The notes below the pieces were generated by a model. It made no database searches, was not told where the DNA came from, and was given only the letters and a program-made list of their open reading frames with translations. From a bacterium (lineage in GTDB: Bacteria; Zhuqueibacterota; Zhuqueibacteria; Residuimicrobiales; Krinioviventaceae), in NCBI GenBank assembly GCA_963693055.1, contig OY843751.1:1344001-1408000 (forward strand): a stretch of DNA of 64,000 nt, written 5' to 3'. A program made the translations under genes and the position numbers. Of the stretch, positions 51,927 to 62,654 are shown piece after piece; positions within the stretch are counted from its first letter, which is position 1, and every line of letters starts with the position of its first letter.

Positions 51927-52910
51927 TTAATCTTTGACCAACCGTACTGAAAATCCATACCCGGCAATTGCAGACCGTCTCTGGATACCGGATTCGTAAT
52001 AAAAAAGCATGCGTATTGTATTTGTAGATGCCCAATATCCGGTTTCATAGCCCAAAGGGGGATAGGAATTCATTATACCTCCATCCCAAGCACTTTTGCG
52101 AAAAGACCCTGGTGTGGCAGAAAAATGCCAGATGTCAGAAGAACCATATCCATCCATGTACCATCCTCTTGTAGTTTTTAATTGATTCCCTTGATCCGTG
52201 CCGCGATATACACCTCCCTTATTGGCTTCTTCTTCACTCATGCCCATAAACATTTCCAGTTCTATCCAGTCCTCATCCGTGGAAAGGTGCCACCCGGGAG
52301 GGGCAATGTTTCTGCTATCCGCACAAGCATACATATTATATACATAACCATAGCTTTCAGCATAACTTTCATCATTGTCATATACACCTCGTGCTCCAAT
52401 TTCATTCTCGTTACAATCTTGCCATCCCGCAATATCATCCGGGTAAACAATGTCAGAGCCGTCACGGTATTTTGTTTCTCTTAAATTTTCACGCATCCAC
52501 CACTGGTTGCCAATTTTAATGGTCTTGTATATCCTGTCGTCATTGCCGGTCATGGTCCCATATAAAGTATACAAAATTTGAATTTTGAGCTGGCTGCCGC
52601 TGGTATTGGGATGGTCGGCGTAATAGTCCCATACGATGTGTTTGTCTGTTCCGGGTGTAGTCACATATCCTTTATCACCCGAGAGGCTGGAACATTTTAA
52701 ATTCCACGTAACGCCATTATCTTCTGAAGCTTTGATTCCGATATCTGCAGCTTCACATACCGGATCAACAATGTCATACCATATGTCAACCATAAAAGTG
52801 CCATCGGTGCGTTGTTGCACGCGCAGGTTGGTGACCCCTTGCGCCAACAGGCAGCCAACGGTCAAGAGTAATGTTGTTACTGTTGTTGAAAATTTCATGA
52901 TATCCCTCAT
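51927..52910 (-). CDS. Fib_succ_major (FISUMP) domain protein
   Basis: YKTIKIGNQWWMRENL, PPGWHLST and GFSVRLVKD motifs. Confidence 0.86.
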   Translation of the reverse strand: MRDIMKFSTTVTTLLLTVGCLLAQGVTNLRVQQRTDGTFMVDIWYDIVDPVCEAADIGIKASEDNGVTWNLKCSSLSGDKGYVTTPGTDKHIVWDYYADHPNTSGSQLKIQILYTLYGTMTGNDDRIYKTIKIGNQWWMRENLRETKYRDGSDIVYPDDIAGWQDCNENEIGARGVYDNDESYAESYGYVYNMYACADSRNIAPPGWHLSTDEDWIELEMFMGMSEEEANKGGVYRGTDQGNQLKTTRGWYMDGYGSSDIWHFSATPGSFRKSAWDGGIMNSYPPLGYETGYWASTNTIRMLFYYESGIQRRSAIAGYGFSVRLVKD

Positions 52911-53005
52911 TTCTGTATCCGGGTTAGCTCTTTAATCTCGCACACACCGGAAATTGACTCTACACTTTTAATAATTGTAACTGTACATGACGCGCCACAA
53001 ATGAA

Positions 53006-53956
53006 TTAATCTTTAATTAAACGCAGAGAACATCCACATTCCCTGTACTCTTCATCAAATATGACATAAGTAGCAGCACTGGCTAATAGCATAATATCCG
53101 CGAAGAAAGAACGAGATGATGTTGAGGCCCATAGGGATGATGCATTTTCAAGATTTCGAAAATATCCTGATAAAGGAGCATCCAAACGGACAAACCGGTC
53201 TCCCGCGCCAAGGGCTGTAAATCCGCTTGAATTTGTTGCATTAACATTATAAGAGTTCCAATGCATGGTACCCTGTTCTTTAAGTTTGGAACAGGCGTCA
53301 TTAAAAAGATAGTTTTTTAGCGCATTCCACTCTCCCTTTGAAGGCACATGCCATCCCTCGGGCGCTATTTGACGGGCATCATCAACCACAAACCAGTTGT
53401 AAAGGTAACCATAAACATTGCCAAGCGAGTCCGAATTGTTATAAGAACAGCGTGCCCCGGTAGACAATCCATACCAATTATAATTATTTTTCTCTACAGG
53501 TATCGGGTCGCCATTTCTGTATAATGTCTCTTTTAAATTCTCCGCCATCCAAACCTGATTGCCGATTATAACGGTTTTATACAGTTTTCCGTCATTGCCC
53601 ATCATATAGTCATCTCTGGCAGTTAAACGTACTTTGTATTGATTGCCTGAGACATTGGGATTGTCTGCATAAAAATCCCACACAATATGTTTGTCCGTAC
53701 CCGGGGTGATATTTCCACCCACATCACCCGTCAGGTGTGTGCACATTAAATCCCATGTCGCTCCGTTATCTGCCGAGGCTTCAACCAATATGGCAAGCAT
53801 ATTCTCCCCAGAATAAGCTAAATTGTACCAGATATCCGTTATAAATGTGCCGTCGGTGCGCTGCTGCACGCGCACGTTTGAGACCTGGGCGTACAGGCAG
53901 CCAACGGTCAAGAATAATGTTGTTACCGTTGTTAAAAATTTCATGTTATTCCTCAT
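53006..53956 (-). CDS. Fib_succ_major (FISUMP) domain protein
   Basis: IGNQVWMAENL, YGYLYNW and PEGWHVPS motifs; start set at MRNNMKF by analogy with the paralog. Confidence 0.85.
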   Translation of the reverse strand: MRNNMKFLTTVTTLFLTVGCLYAQVSNVRVQQRTDGTFITDIWYNLAYSGENMLAILVEASADNGATWDLMCTHLTGDVGGNITPGTDKHIVWDFYADNPNVSGNQYKVRLTARDDYMMGNDGKLYKTVIIGNQVWMAENLKETLYRNGDPIPVEKNNYNWYGLSTGARCSYNNSDSLGNVYGYLYNWFVVDDARQIAPEGWHVPSKGEWNALKNYLFNDACSKLKEQGTMHWNSYNVNATNSSGFTALGAGDRFVRLDAPLSGYFRNLENASSLWASTSSRSFFADIMLLASAATYVIFDEEYRECGCSLRLIKD

Positions 53957-54051
53957 TGCTGTATCCAGGTCAGAGCTTTGATCTTGCACACACCGGTAAT
54001 TGACCATACACTTTCAATAATTGTAACTATATATGACGCACCACAAATGAA

Positions 54052-54999
54052 TTAATCTTTTATTAAACGTATTGTACATCCGTGCTTTTTATTAATCAAA
54101 TAATTATACATAGTATCTGTATTGTAACTCATTGTTAAGCTCCCACCATTAATGCCGTTAACATCTTGTTGGGCTAACCATATCCAGGCGTCCTCCCATA
54201 TGTCATTAAAATTACCATCGTCATTTCGTCTTCCGGCCGCTATTGCTGTAAAGCCGCTTTCATTTGTGGCGGCGGTATTGGGATAATCCCAATGAGCATA
54301 TCCGGTTTCTTTCATTTTTCCACCTTTCGAACCCCCTAAAAAATCATATAAATCACTAAAATCATAATAAGTTGGAACATGCCATCCGGAAGGCGCAAGA
54401 TTACCGGTTGCGACAACATACCAATTATATAAATAACCATAGCTGTTTGTGTAATTTTCATTATTATTATACACACACCGGGCGCCGGTTTCCAAAGTGG
54501 ACCATGTGGAACTGCTGGCTACAACCGGTATACTACTAATACCGTTTCTGTATTTTGTTTCCCTTAAATTTTCAGCCATCCACCATTGGTTACCAATCTT
54601 GACGGTTTTGTACACTTTACCGTCGTTACCGGTCATGGTGCTGTTATAAAAAAACAAAAGACGGACCTTGTACTGGTTACCACTGGTGTTAGGATGGTCG
54701 GCGTAAAAGTCCCATTCAATGTGCTTGTCCGTTCCCGCGGTAATTCCTTCACCCACATCGCCGGTGAGGCTAGAGCAAGACAGGTTCCATGATGCTCCAT
54801 TGTCATGAGAAGCTTCTATTATTATTTCGGCGGTTTTTGTATAAGAATCTCCCTCAAAACCCAGATCATACCAGATATCAACCACAAAATTGCCATCTGT
54901 GCGTTGAACCACCCGCACGTTGGAGACCTGAGCGTACAGGCCGCCGGTCATAAGGAGGAATGTCATTATTGTAATTTGAAATCTCATTCTGTACCTCAT
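54052..54999 (-). CDS. Fib_succ_major (FISUMP) domain protein
   Basis: IGNQWWMAENL, YGYLYNW, PSGWHVPT and IRLIKD motifs. Confidence 0.86.
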   Translation of the reverse strand: MRYRMRFQITIMTFLLMTGGLYAQVSNVRVVQRTDGNFVVDIWYDLGFEGDSYTKTAEIIIEASHDNGASWNLSCSSLTGDVGEGITAGTDKHIEWDFYADHPNTSGNQYKVRLLFFYNSTMTGNDGKVYKTVKIGNQWWMAENLRETKYRNGISSIPVVASSSTWSTLETGARCVYNNNENYTNSYGYLYNWYVVATGNLAPSGWHVPTYYDFSDLYDFLGGSKGGKMKETGYAHWDYPNTAATNESGFTAIAAGRRNDDGNFNDIWEDAWIWLAQQDVNGINGGSLTMSYNTDTMYNYLINKKHGCTIRLIKD

Positions 55000-55021
55000 T
55001 ATTTATACATTAGCTCAACAG

Positions 55022-55997
55022 TTAGTTCTTTACTAGACAGACCGAATGTCCTTTTCCTTTTTCGTCATAAAGACGGTAAATATTTAAATTATAACAGAGT
55101 ATGTAACGTTTCAATGCTTCATTTTCGCCATAGGATGAAGCAGACCAAAAATAGGCACGGATTCTCTTGTCAATAAAAATGCCTTGAATGTTGGAACAAC
55201 AACCGCCCGGTGTCGCTGTAAAAAGGCTTACGGCAAAATTAACATCATTTTTTGAAACATCATCTTGTAACAAATTTGCACGATCCGCCAGTTTACTACC
55301 TTCATCATCTCCGTAATCCAGATTTATTTTTGTCATCTACACTCATACCCAATGCGCGTTCCAGTTCCTTCCAGTCGGCATCTGTGTGAACATGCCAACC
55401 GTTTGGAAAAAAATCATGCGGATTTTCCAGATCCACAACTTACCAATTGTATAAATAACCAAAAGTTGAAGCATTATCTGGATTATTATCAAAATAACAA
55501 TAAGCGCCAATATTAATATTAGTCCAATCCTGATTGTTTACTGTGGTTGCTATGGTTGACCCATCGTTATAATGCTTTCCCCTTAAATTTTTTGCCATCC
55601 ACCATTGGTTACCAATTTTTATTGTTGGGTACACATTAGCATCGTAATCCCTCATGGTGTCGGTTAATAAAAGAATTACACGTATTTTAAACTGATTACC
55701 GTTAGTGTTAGGGTTGTTTGTGTAAAAATCCCAAACAATGTGTTTGTCCGTACCCGCTGTGATATCCTCACCAGCGTCGCTGGTAATGCTGGAACAATTC
55801 AGATCCCAGGTTGTGCCATTGTCGTCAGAGGCTTGAATAATTATTTCGTTATCACATCCTTCGGAATTATTGAAATCGTACCAGATATCAACTATAAAAG
55901 TGCCGTCTGTGCGTTGTTGAACTCTCATGTTGGAAACCTGGGTGAATAGACTGCCGGTTATATTAATTATTAAAAATATAGTATATAGTGATCTCAT
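55022..55997 (-). pseudogene. Disrupted FISUMP gene
   Basis: In-frame TAA after YLYNW (55440-55442). Homology continues (PNGWHVHTDADWKELE), then a frameshift near 55312 leads into the 55022-55336 frame ending SVCLVKN. Confidence 0.8.
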
Positions 55998-56130
55998 AAA
56001 AATTCTTGTATATTTGAATTGTCTTACAAATAGGCAAGATTCCTGGAAAGATTTAGACGGCATGTTGTAAAAAAAATTTTTACAACGATTTATTCTTGTT
56101 TTAAAATTTACAAAAATAAACAAAACAGTA

Positions 56131-56169
56131 CCAAGCACATATGTCGCAAAAACCAGTACATATGTCGCA
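56131..56169 (-). promoter_or_regulatory. Direct-repeat operator, copy 3, directly after the HTCS stop codon
   Basis: CCAAGCACATATGTCGCAAAAACCAGTACATATGTCGCA; TAAATT lies 20 nt downstream (56105-56110). Confidence 0.75.
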
Positions 56170-56192
56170 TTTGGAATTTTTAGAAGTGTTAT

Positions 56193-58997
56193 TTAAAAAG
56201 TGTATTGGGAAGGAGATTTGCCAAACCGTTTTTTAAAGCAGCGTCTGAAATAGTCAGGGCTGCCGAACCCGGTTTGGTAGGCAATTTCTGATATGGTGGC
56301 GGTTTTACTTTCTAACATTTGAATAGCATGTTTTAGCCGGATTGAATGGATAAAATCAACAACAGTTTGGTTGGTAAGCGCATGGATCTTGCGGTGCAAT
56401 TGTGAGCGAGACAAGGCCATCTTACTGCTTAACCAGTCTACACTCAGATCGGGATTGTTTAAATGCATTTCAATCAAATCCGCCGCACGCTTTAAAAAAA
56501 CCTCATCGGCAGGCATGACCGCAATATCTTTAAGGGGGGTTGTGATTTGTTTGTTAAATCGTTGGCGCAGTTTTCGGCGCTGATCGATAAGGTTTTTGAT
56601 CCGTACTTTGAGCTCGTCCGGTTCAAAAGGTTTGGTAAGATAGTCGTCAGCACCCAAGGTAAGGCCTTCAATTTTGCTGGCACTGTCTGAACGGGCGGTA
56701 AGTAACACAACAGGTATATGGCTGGTGCGTTCATCGGTTTTCAATTTTTCACAGAACTGGTACCCGTCCATGTTGGGCATCATTACATCACTGATTACCA
56801 AGTCGGGAATGCAATTGATTGCCTGTAGCAAACCGTCTTTGCCATCGACTGCTTCCAGTATTTCATATTCATCTTCAATAATCTCATGAATATAGGCGCG
56901 CAGCTCTGAATGGTCTTCGGTAATGAGAATGATGGGGGCATCTTTTTTCTTTGAATGTCGAACAGGAACAGGCTTGTCATCCTTGTCATGTATATCCACA
57001 GGTGGTTGTTTGGTACTCTTGAAATTCAAAGAGGGTACTGGTGCAAAATCTTGTTCTGAAAAATGATCTTTTCCCAAAGGCAGATGTACAGTAAATGTGC
57101 TGCCCTTGTCTATTTCACTGGATACTGAAATTTTACCACGATGCAGAAGCACAAGTTCGCGAGCCAGTGCCAGCCCAATTCCGCTGCCTTGCTGGTTTTG
57201 TGGGTATCCGTTTTCAACCTGGTAAAACCGATCGAAAATATGTTCAAGGTGCTCATCTGGAATCCCTGGACCGGTGTCTGATATGCTGATTTCCAGGGAA
57301 TCGTTTTGAGAAACCGAAACTTTGATCTCTCCACCGGTGGGTGTGAATTTAACAGCATTTGATAAAAGATTGCCTAGTACTTTGTCGATTTTATCCCGAT
57401 CAATCCAGACATAGGCAGCATTTAAACCGGTTTCATATATCAAACTGATTTGATGATGAACTACATGAGATTCAAATGTCTGACATACACCTTTAATTAG
57501 TGGCCAAATATCTGTTTTTTTAACTTTTAATTCCATACGTCCTGATTCAATGCGGGAAAGGTCAAGCAGCTCATTCACCAGGTTTAAAAGTCGGCGACCA
57601 TTCTTTAACTGTAAACGTGACCTCTTTCGTATGTTTTTATCTTGTGATTCATTCAGAATCTGTTGTGCTGTACCCAGAATCAGGGTGAGGGGGGTACGGA
57701 ATTCATGGGAAATATTGGCAAAAAATCGGGATTTCATTTTATCAATTTCTTTAAACTTTTCCGATTCGATGACTTTTTTCTGAGCAATCTCTTTTTGGCG
57801 ATTGTTTTCAATATACCTGTCAATGATGATCAATGTAAGACAGATAACAAAACCCAGGGTGCCGAAATGAATCAGTCTGATATTTGATGATATATTGATC
57901 ACATAATGCAGAAAAAGTTCAAGACCACCAAATAAATAAAAAATAATCAATCCTATAAAAAGTAACTTGATTTCGCGCTTACCTTTGGTTGAACTCTTGA
58001 TCACCAGAATAAAATTGGTTGTGGCGCTTGTGGAAGTAATTATAAAAAATAATTGATAAAACAGATCCGTAAAACGGTTCTTGATAATAATCATTGACAA
58101 TATTGATAGTAATAGAAAAAACAGGTGGCCCTTCCAAAAACGTCTGACGACAGGTTTGAATTTTTTAGTGATAATCTGTTCCGTGAGATACAAGCCGCCA
58201 ATGGGTGAAGACATTAATGAGAAAAAATCCAGTAAAAAAAAGAGTCGCGGAGCATAGACCATTGTTTGAAGAAAGTAAGAATTGCTTCCTGTAAAGATAC
58301 CAATTGAAATTAAAAATGTAGCAATTCCAATCAATAGATTGTTTCTCTGCACAAATAAATAAATAAATAATAGTACAAAGCCAAGAATAATAAAAAGCGG
58401 GGCAAAGATGATTTCATCTATATCTTTGATAAATAGTTTTTTTAAAATAATGTCTGCCGGGGCAAGCCAGATGGGTTGATTTAAACCTATTGTAGATTTA
58501 TCGGACCAGATTCGAAAACAAAGAATACCTTTGGAATAATCATCGGGAAGACGTACAAGCATCATATGCCAGCCAACAAACAAATCTTTGTTTGTTGTGA
58601 AATCACCAAATTGATAGATTTGTTGGTCATTTAGGTAAACCTGAACAATTTGCCTTACACTGGGGAAAAATAACGCAGGGTCTGAGTCTTTAGTATCCGG
58701 AAGCTGTGTTCGTATCCACAAACTATTATATCCCGTATTGGGGATGTCGTCAAAGTTTTCTACGGATATCCATTTGTTTGAATCAATACCGTCATCCAAC
58801 CAGATTAAATGTCCGTTTGCATCTTTAGGAGAATCCCCAATACGATACTGCCAACCGTTCTCAATATTATATATCTCGTTTGATGTATTGGTATTATAGT
58901 TAATGATATTCGTTTCTTTGCCGAAACAAAGCGTTGAATATAATATAATTACAAACAAAATATATGTTAAGACCAATGGTCGATTAGTCAGAATCAC
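56193..58997 (-). CDS. Hybrid two-component AraC regulator, paralog of 15503-18397
   Basis: GWQYRIGDSP periplasmic domain, multiple TMs, FANISHEFRTPLT, PDLVISDVMMP and an AraC HTH. Confidence 0.92.
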   Translation of the reverse strand: MILTNRPLVLTYILFVIILYSTLCFGKETNIINYNTNTSNEIYNIENGWQYRIGDSPKDANGHLIWLDDGIDSNKWISVENFDDIPNTGYNSLWIRTQLPDTKDSDPALFFPSVRQIVQVYLNDQQIYQFGDFTTNKDLFVGWHMMLVRLPDDYSKGILCFRIWSDKSTIGLNQPIWLAPADIILKKLFIKDIDEIIFAPLFIILGFVLLFIYLFVQRNNLLIGIATFLISIGIFTGSNSYFLQTMVYAPRLFFLLDFFSLMSSPIGGLYLTEQIITKKFKPVVRRFWKGHLFFLLLSILSMIIIKNRFTDLFYQLFFIITSTSATTNFILVIKSSTKGKREIKLLFIGLIIFYLFGGLELFLHYVINISSNIRLIHFGTLGFVICLTLIIIDRYIENNRQKEIAQKKVIESEKFKEIDKMKSRFFANISHEFRTPLTLILGTAQQILNESQDKNIRKRSRLQLKNGRRLLNLVNELLDLSRIESGRMELKVKKTDIWPLIKGVCQTFESHVVHHQISLIYETGLNAAYVWIDRDKIDKVLGNLLSNAVKFTPTGGEIKVSVSQNDSLEISISDTGPGIPDEHLEHIFDRFYQVENGYPQNQQGSGIGLALARELVLLHRGKISVSSEIDKGSTFTVHLPLGKDHFSEQDFAPVPSLNFKSTKQPPVDIHDKDDKPVPVRHSKKKDAPIILITEDHSELRAYIHEIIEDEYEILEAVDGKDGLLQAINCIPDLVISDVMMPNMDGYQFCEKLKTDERTSHIPVVLLTARSDSASKIEGLTLGADDYLTKPFEPDELKVRIKNLIDQRRKLRQRFNKQITTPLKDIAVMPADEVFLKRAADLIEMHLNNPDLSVDWLSSKMALSRSQLHRKIHALTNQTVVDFIHSIRLKHAIQMLESKTATISEIAYQTGFGSPDYFRRCFKKRFGKSPSQYTF

Positions 58998-59183
58998 TTT
59001 GTTCCTCAGACGATTACTAATGGAAGTATATTTTATCTATATAAAATATAATAATTATTATAAAAAACATAATTTTTTTACGAATTAATTTTAAAAAAAC
59101 GCTGACAAGCATTTCTGCCTTGCCAGCGTTAAATGTGATAAATGACAGGCAACAAATACCTATCTGAGAATATTTGATTCGAA

Positions 59184-60281
59184 TTATTTCATAAACAATA
59201 CCTTTTGTACCTGGGAAGTATTTCCAGTCTGCATGCGCACCAGGTAGGTTCCGCTGGGTGCCATTACACCGGCATCGGTTGAGCCGTCCCATTGGACCGA
59301 GTATTGCCCGGCGGTCTGGTACTGATCGCTGAGCAGTTTGATCTGACGGCCTAATACGTCATATACTGCCAGAGTTACATGGCTGTCTTTTGCCAGATTG
59401 TATTTTATATTGGTTGACGGATTAAAAGGATTGGGGTACGCCGTGAATAGCTGTGTGGTTGAGGGGATGGCTGCTTTAACGGATGTTGTGCCGATCTCTG
59501 ATTTTTCTCCATTTATATCTATTTCTGACAAACGGTAATCGTAATCTGCTCCTGCAGATATAGTATTGTCTATAAAATCGTATTGAGATGGGGAAGAGGT
59601 AGTACCTTGTCCGGTCAGTTCTGCATCGTGTTTATAAGATGCAATTTGCCGCCAGCCGGTATTTTCGGATTTACGCTCAATGATAAATCCCAGATTGTCG
59701 GTTTCGCTTACGGTGGTCCATTCTAATTCGACTGTATTGTTGCTGTGGGGCGCGGAAAAGGAGGTCAGTTCCACGGGCAACGAAGCATCACCTAAAATTA
59801 AATCGTCAAACGCAAAGCCACTTAATTCTTCGCTTTTTGTAACAGTAAATGATGTTACATTTGTCCAATTAAGCGTGACTGTTTGACCCGTTGCTTTAGC
59901 AATTGTATCATTTACCGGTGAATTTGATCCACCCGTAGGAGTATATGTCCAGGTACCATCATAACTTCCGCTTGCGTTAACGGCATATATTGTAAGGATA
60001 TCTACAGATTCCGAAAAAGTAAAAGTAATTGTCTGAATATTGGTTACGGATGCCATGACAACATTTCCGGAAGCTCCACCAAAACCAGCAGATGCAAAAA
60101 GTTGTATATAACGTCCCCCACCGGCATCCGCAGTAGTTACAGTAACAGTAATATCACTAACCGTTTCCTGAACAATAGTTGCCTGAGATTCACCAATTTC
60201 TGTTGCGGTTTCCCAGGTAAAAGTTTGTGCAAAAAGTATGAAAGGTAGTAAGAGAAAAAGTGTCAATAACAATTTTTTCAT
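59184..60281 (-). CDS. Secreted protein with Ig + T9SS-type CTD
   Basis: Signal peptide, DASLPVEL and YPNPFNP. Confidence 0.8.
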   Translation of the reverse strand: MKKLLLTLFLLLPFILFAQTFTWETATEIGESQATIVQETVSDITVTVTTADAGGGRYIQLFASAGFGGASGNVVMASVTNIQTITFTFSESVDILTIYAVNASGSYDGTWTYTPTGGSNSPVNDTIAKATGQTVTLNWTNVTSFTVTKSEELSGFAFDDLILGDASLPVELTSFSAPHSNNTVELEWTTVSETDNLGFIIERKSENTGWRQIASYKHDAELTGQGTTSSPSQYDFIDNTISAGADYDYRLSEIDINGEKSEIGTTSVKAAIPSTTQLFTAYPNPFNPSTNIKYNLAKDSHVTLAVYDVLGRQIKLLSDQYQTAGQYSVQWDGSTDAGVMAPSGTYLVRMQTGNTSQVQKVLFMK

Positions 60282-60395
60282 TGTTTAACTCCAATTGTGT
60301 GGGGTAGAGATTTAGGAAAAGTTTTAAATGGACTGGTGTAGTGATATTATTATTATATCGGCAGAAATTATCAATACTTTGATTAAAAATGATAT

Positions 60396-60432
60396 AAAAA
60401 AAGCCCTCTCGGCAAATTTCCGAAAGGGCTTT
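60396..60432 (-). terminator. groEL terminator
   Basis: AAAGCCCTCTCGG...CCGAAAGGGCTTT hairpin 30 bp after the groEL stop, with a U-tail on the minus strand. Confidence 0.8.
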
Positions 60433-60462
60433 GTATTTTGAAAGGAAAGTAAGGTCTGTATA

Positions 60463-62097
60463 TTAGTACATACCACCCATACCACCCATGTCGCCGCCAG
60501 GAGGCATTGGCATGGCTGATTTTTCTTCGGGTTTGTCTACAATTGTTGCTTCGGTCATGAGTAACAGAGATGCAACACTTGCAGCATTTTCTAAAGCAAT
60601 ACGAGTAACTTTGGTTGGGTCAATTACGCCGGCTTCATAAAGATCTTCATAAGTTTCTGAAGCAGCGTTGAAACCAAAACCATCTTTGCCTTCTTTAACT
60701 TTTTGAATAACGATAGAACCTTCAAGTCCTGCATTTTCAGAGATCTGACGCAGAGGTTCTTCAAGAACGCGTTTCAAGATATTGATACCAATTTCTTCAT
60801 CGCCGTCAACTTTAACTTTATCCAGTGCGGGAAGTGCGCGAATGATTGCAACACCACCACCAGGGATGATACCTTCTTCAACTGCTGCGCGGGTTGCGTG
60901 CAGAGCGTCTTCAACGCGGGCTTTCTTTTCTTTCATTTCTACTTCAGTTGCAGCGCCTACGTTCAATACAGCAACACCACCGGCCAATTTTGCCAGACGT
61001 TCCTGCAATTTTTCTTTATCATAGTCAGAAGAAGTGGTTTCGATCTGTTTTTTGATTTGTGCAATTCTACCTTTAATATCTTCGGTTTTGCCAGCGCCTT
61101 CAACGATAGTTGTGTTGTCTTTATCGATGGTAACGCGTTTTGCAGAACCCAGATCGGTTACAGTTGCGTTTTCAAGTTTGAAACCGGTTTCTTCAGAAAC
61201 AACGCGTCCACCCGTCAGGATAGAGATATCTTCCAGCATGGCTTTACGACGATCACCAAAACCAGGAGCTTTAATAGCTGCAACGCGCAGGGTGCCACGC
61301 AATTTGTTAACAACCAAAGTTGCCAATGCTTCGCCTTCAATATCTTCAGCGATGATCAATAAGGGTTTGCCCATTTGAGCAACTTTTTCAAGAATTGGCA
61401 GCAAGTCTTTCATTGCGCTGATTTTTTTGTCATGGATGAGGATCAATGCTTCATCCAAAACGGCTTCCATGCTTTCCTGATCGGTAGCAAAATAGGGAGA
61501 GAGGTAACCACGGTCAAACTGCATACCTTCAACAACTTCAAGATAAGTATCGGTTGTTTTGGCTTCTTCAACAGTAATAACACCGTCTTTACCAACTTTT
61601 TCCATAGCGTCTGCAATCAAGTCACCAATTTCAGAGTCATTGTTTGCAGAGATAGAGCCAACCTGTGCAATTTCTTTTTTGCCAGGAAGAGGTTTGCTCA
61701 TGCTTTGTAATTCCTCGATAACGGCTTTAACGCCTTTTTCGATACCACGTTTAATAGAAGTAGGGTTAGCACCAGCGGTCACGTTTTTCAGACCTTCGCG
61801 GCAAATTCCCTGAGCCAGAACGGTTGCAGTAGTGGTTCCATCACCGGCAATATCACTGGTTTTGGAAGCAACTTCTTTAACCATCTGTGCGCCCATATTT
61901 TCCAATGGATCTTCAAGTTCAATTTCTTTAGCAACGGTAACACCGTCTTTAGTTACTGTAGGAGCACCAAATTTTTTGTCGATAACAACGTTACGGCCTT
62001 TGGGTCCCAGAGTAACTTTAACGGCATTTGCTAATTGATCAACGCCGCGTTTCAGGGCGTTTCTTGCCTCTACATCAAAGGTTACAATCTTTGGCAT
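60463..62097 (-). CDS. groL: Chaperonin GroEL
   Basis: [25 protein letters not shown] motifs and a GGM tail. Confidence 0.99.
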   Translation of the reverse strand: MPKIVTFDVEARNALKRGVDQLANAVKVTLGPKGRNVVIDKKFGAPTVTKDGVTVAKEIELEDPLENMGAQMVKEVASKTSDIAGDGTTTATVLAQGICREGLKNVTAGANPTSIKRGIEKGVKAVIEELQSMSKPLPGKKEIAQVGSISANNDSEIGDLIADAMEKVGKDGVITVEEAKTTDTYLEVVEGMQFDRGYLSPYFATDQESMEAVLDEALILIHDKKISAMKDLLPILEKVAQMGKPLLIIAEDIEGEALATLVVNKLRGTLRVAAIKAPGFGDRRKAMLEDISILTGGRVVSEETGFKLENATVTDLGSAKRVTIDKDNTTIVEGAGKTEDIKGRIAQIKKQIETTSSDYDKEKLQERLAKLAGGVAVLNVGAATEVEMKEKKARVEDALHATRAAVEEGIIPGGGVAIIRALPALDKVKVDGDEEIGINILKRVLEEPLRQISENAGLEGSIVIQKVKEGKDGFGFNAASETYEDLYEAGVIDPTKVTRIALENAASVASLLLMTEATIVDKPEEKSAMPMPPGGDMGGMGGMY

Positions 62098-62154
62098 GTT
62101 TAACTATCCTCCATACTTGTATGGTTAATTTAATGATTCAAAGTAATTTAAATA

Positions 62155-62439
62155 TTATATAACTGCCAGAATATCGCTTTCGCGCATAATCAGGTAATCT
62201 GTTCCATCGATAGTCACTTCCGTACCGGAATATTTTCCGTACAATACAGTGTCGCCAACTTTGACTTCGAGGTCAACTTTGGAACCACTGTCAGCAACTT
62301 TACCAGGACCTACAGCTACGATTTTTCCCTGCATGGGTTTTTCTTTTGCTGTATCCGGAATGATTATGGTGCCCTGTGTTTGTTCTTCGGCTTCAGTAGG
62401 TTGTACGACAACGCGATCTGCCAATGGTTTGATGTTCAT
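62155..62439 (-). CDS. groS: Co-chaperonin GroES
   Basis: [19 protein letters not shown] and [12 protein letters not shown] motifs. Confidence 0.99.
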   Translation of the reverse strand: MNIKPLADRVVVQPTEAEEQTQGTIIIPDTAKEKPMQGKIVAVGPGKVADSGSKVDLEVKVGDTVLYGKYSGTEVTIDGTDYLIMRESDILAVI

Positions 62440-62496
62440 AGATTATCCTCCTGTTTCAATATATAAGGTTTAAATGTTATGTTTTTTACTTTTTTG

Positions 62497-62523
62497 TTAG
62501 CACTCTCTTTTAAAGAGTGCTAA
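62497..62523. promoter_or_regulatory. CIRCE element (HrcA operator)
   Basis: Perfect TTAGCACTC-N9-GAGTGCTAA upstream of groES. Confidence 0.97.
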
Positions 62524-62654
62524 CACCGTAAAAAGATATAATATTCCCCCAAGAAAAGCAAGAAAAAATTTTAAAATTGATTGATTTTTTTAACAAATAC
62601 GCCGTAAAACATGGGGGAAATGTGATGTTTTTTACAATTTTTTACTTTTTTTTC

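Noticed and set aside
51874-52035. N-terminal extensions in the ORF track (also 11072, 14229, 30547, 54007 and 56138)
   Set aside because: Downstream ATGs fit better, with RBSs, signal peptides or agreement with paralog starts; several extensions overlap neighbouring genes or promoters.
52913-54069. Integron attC sites between FISUMP genes
   Set aside because: The repeated spacer shows no RYYYAAC...GTTRRRY boxes or long hairpin, and there is no integron integrase.
48465-55997. Diversity-generating retroelement acting on the FISUMP genes
   Set aside because: No reverse transcriptase and no template/variable repeat pair with adenine-specific mismatches is visible in this window; a remote DGR cannot be excluded.
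8803-56169. CRISPR repeats (39-bp repeated motif)
   Set aside because: Copies are dispersed over kilobases, are not separated by spacers, and always sit in promoter position; no cas genes.
60703-62038. + strand ORFs antisense to groEL (up to 219 aa)
   Set aside because: Shadow ORFs from codon bias of a highly expressed gene; no recognisable motifs.
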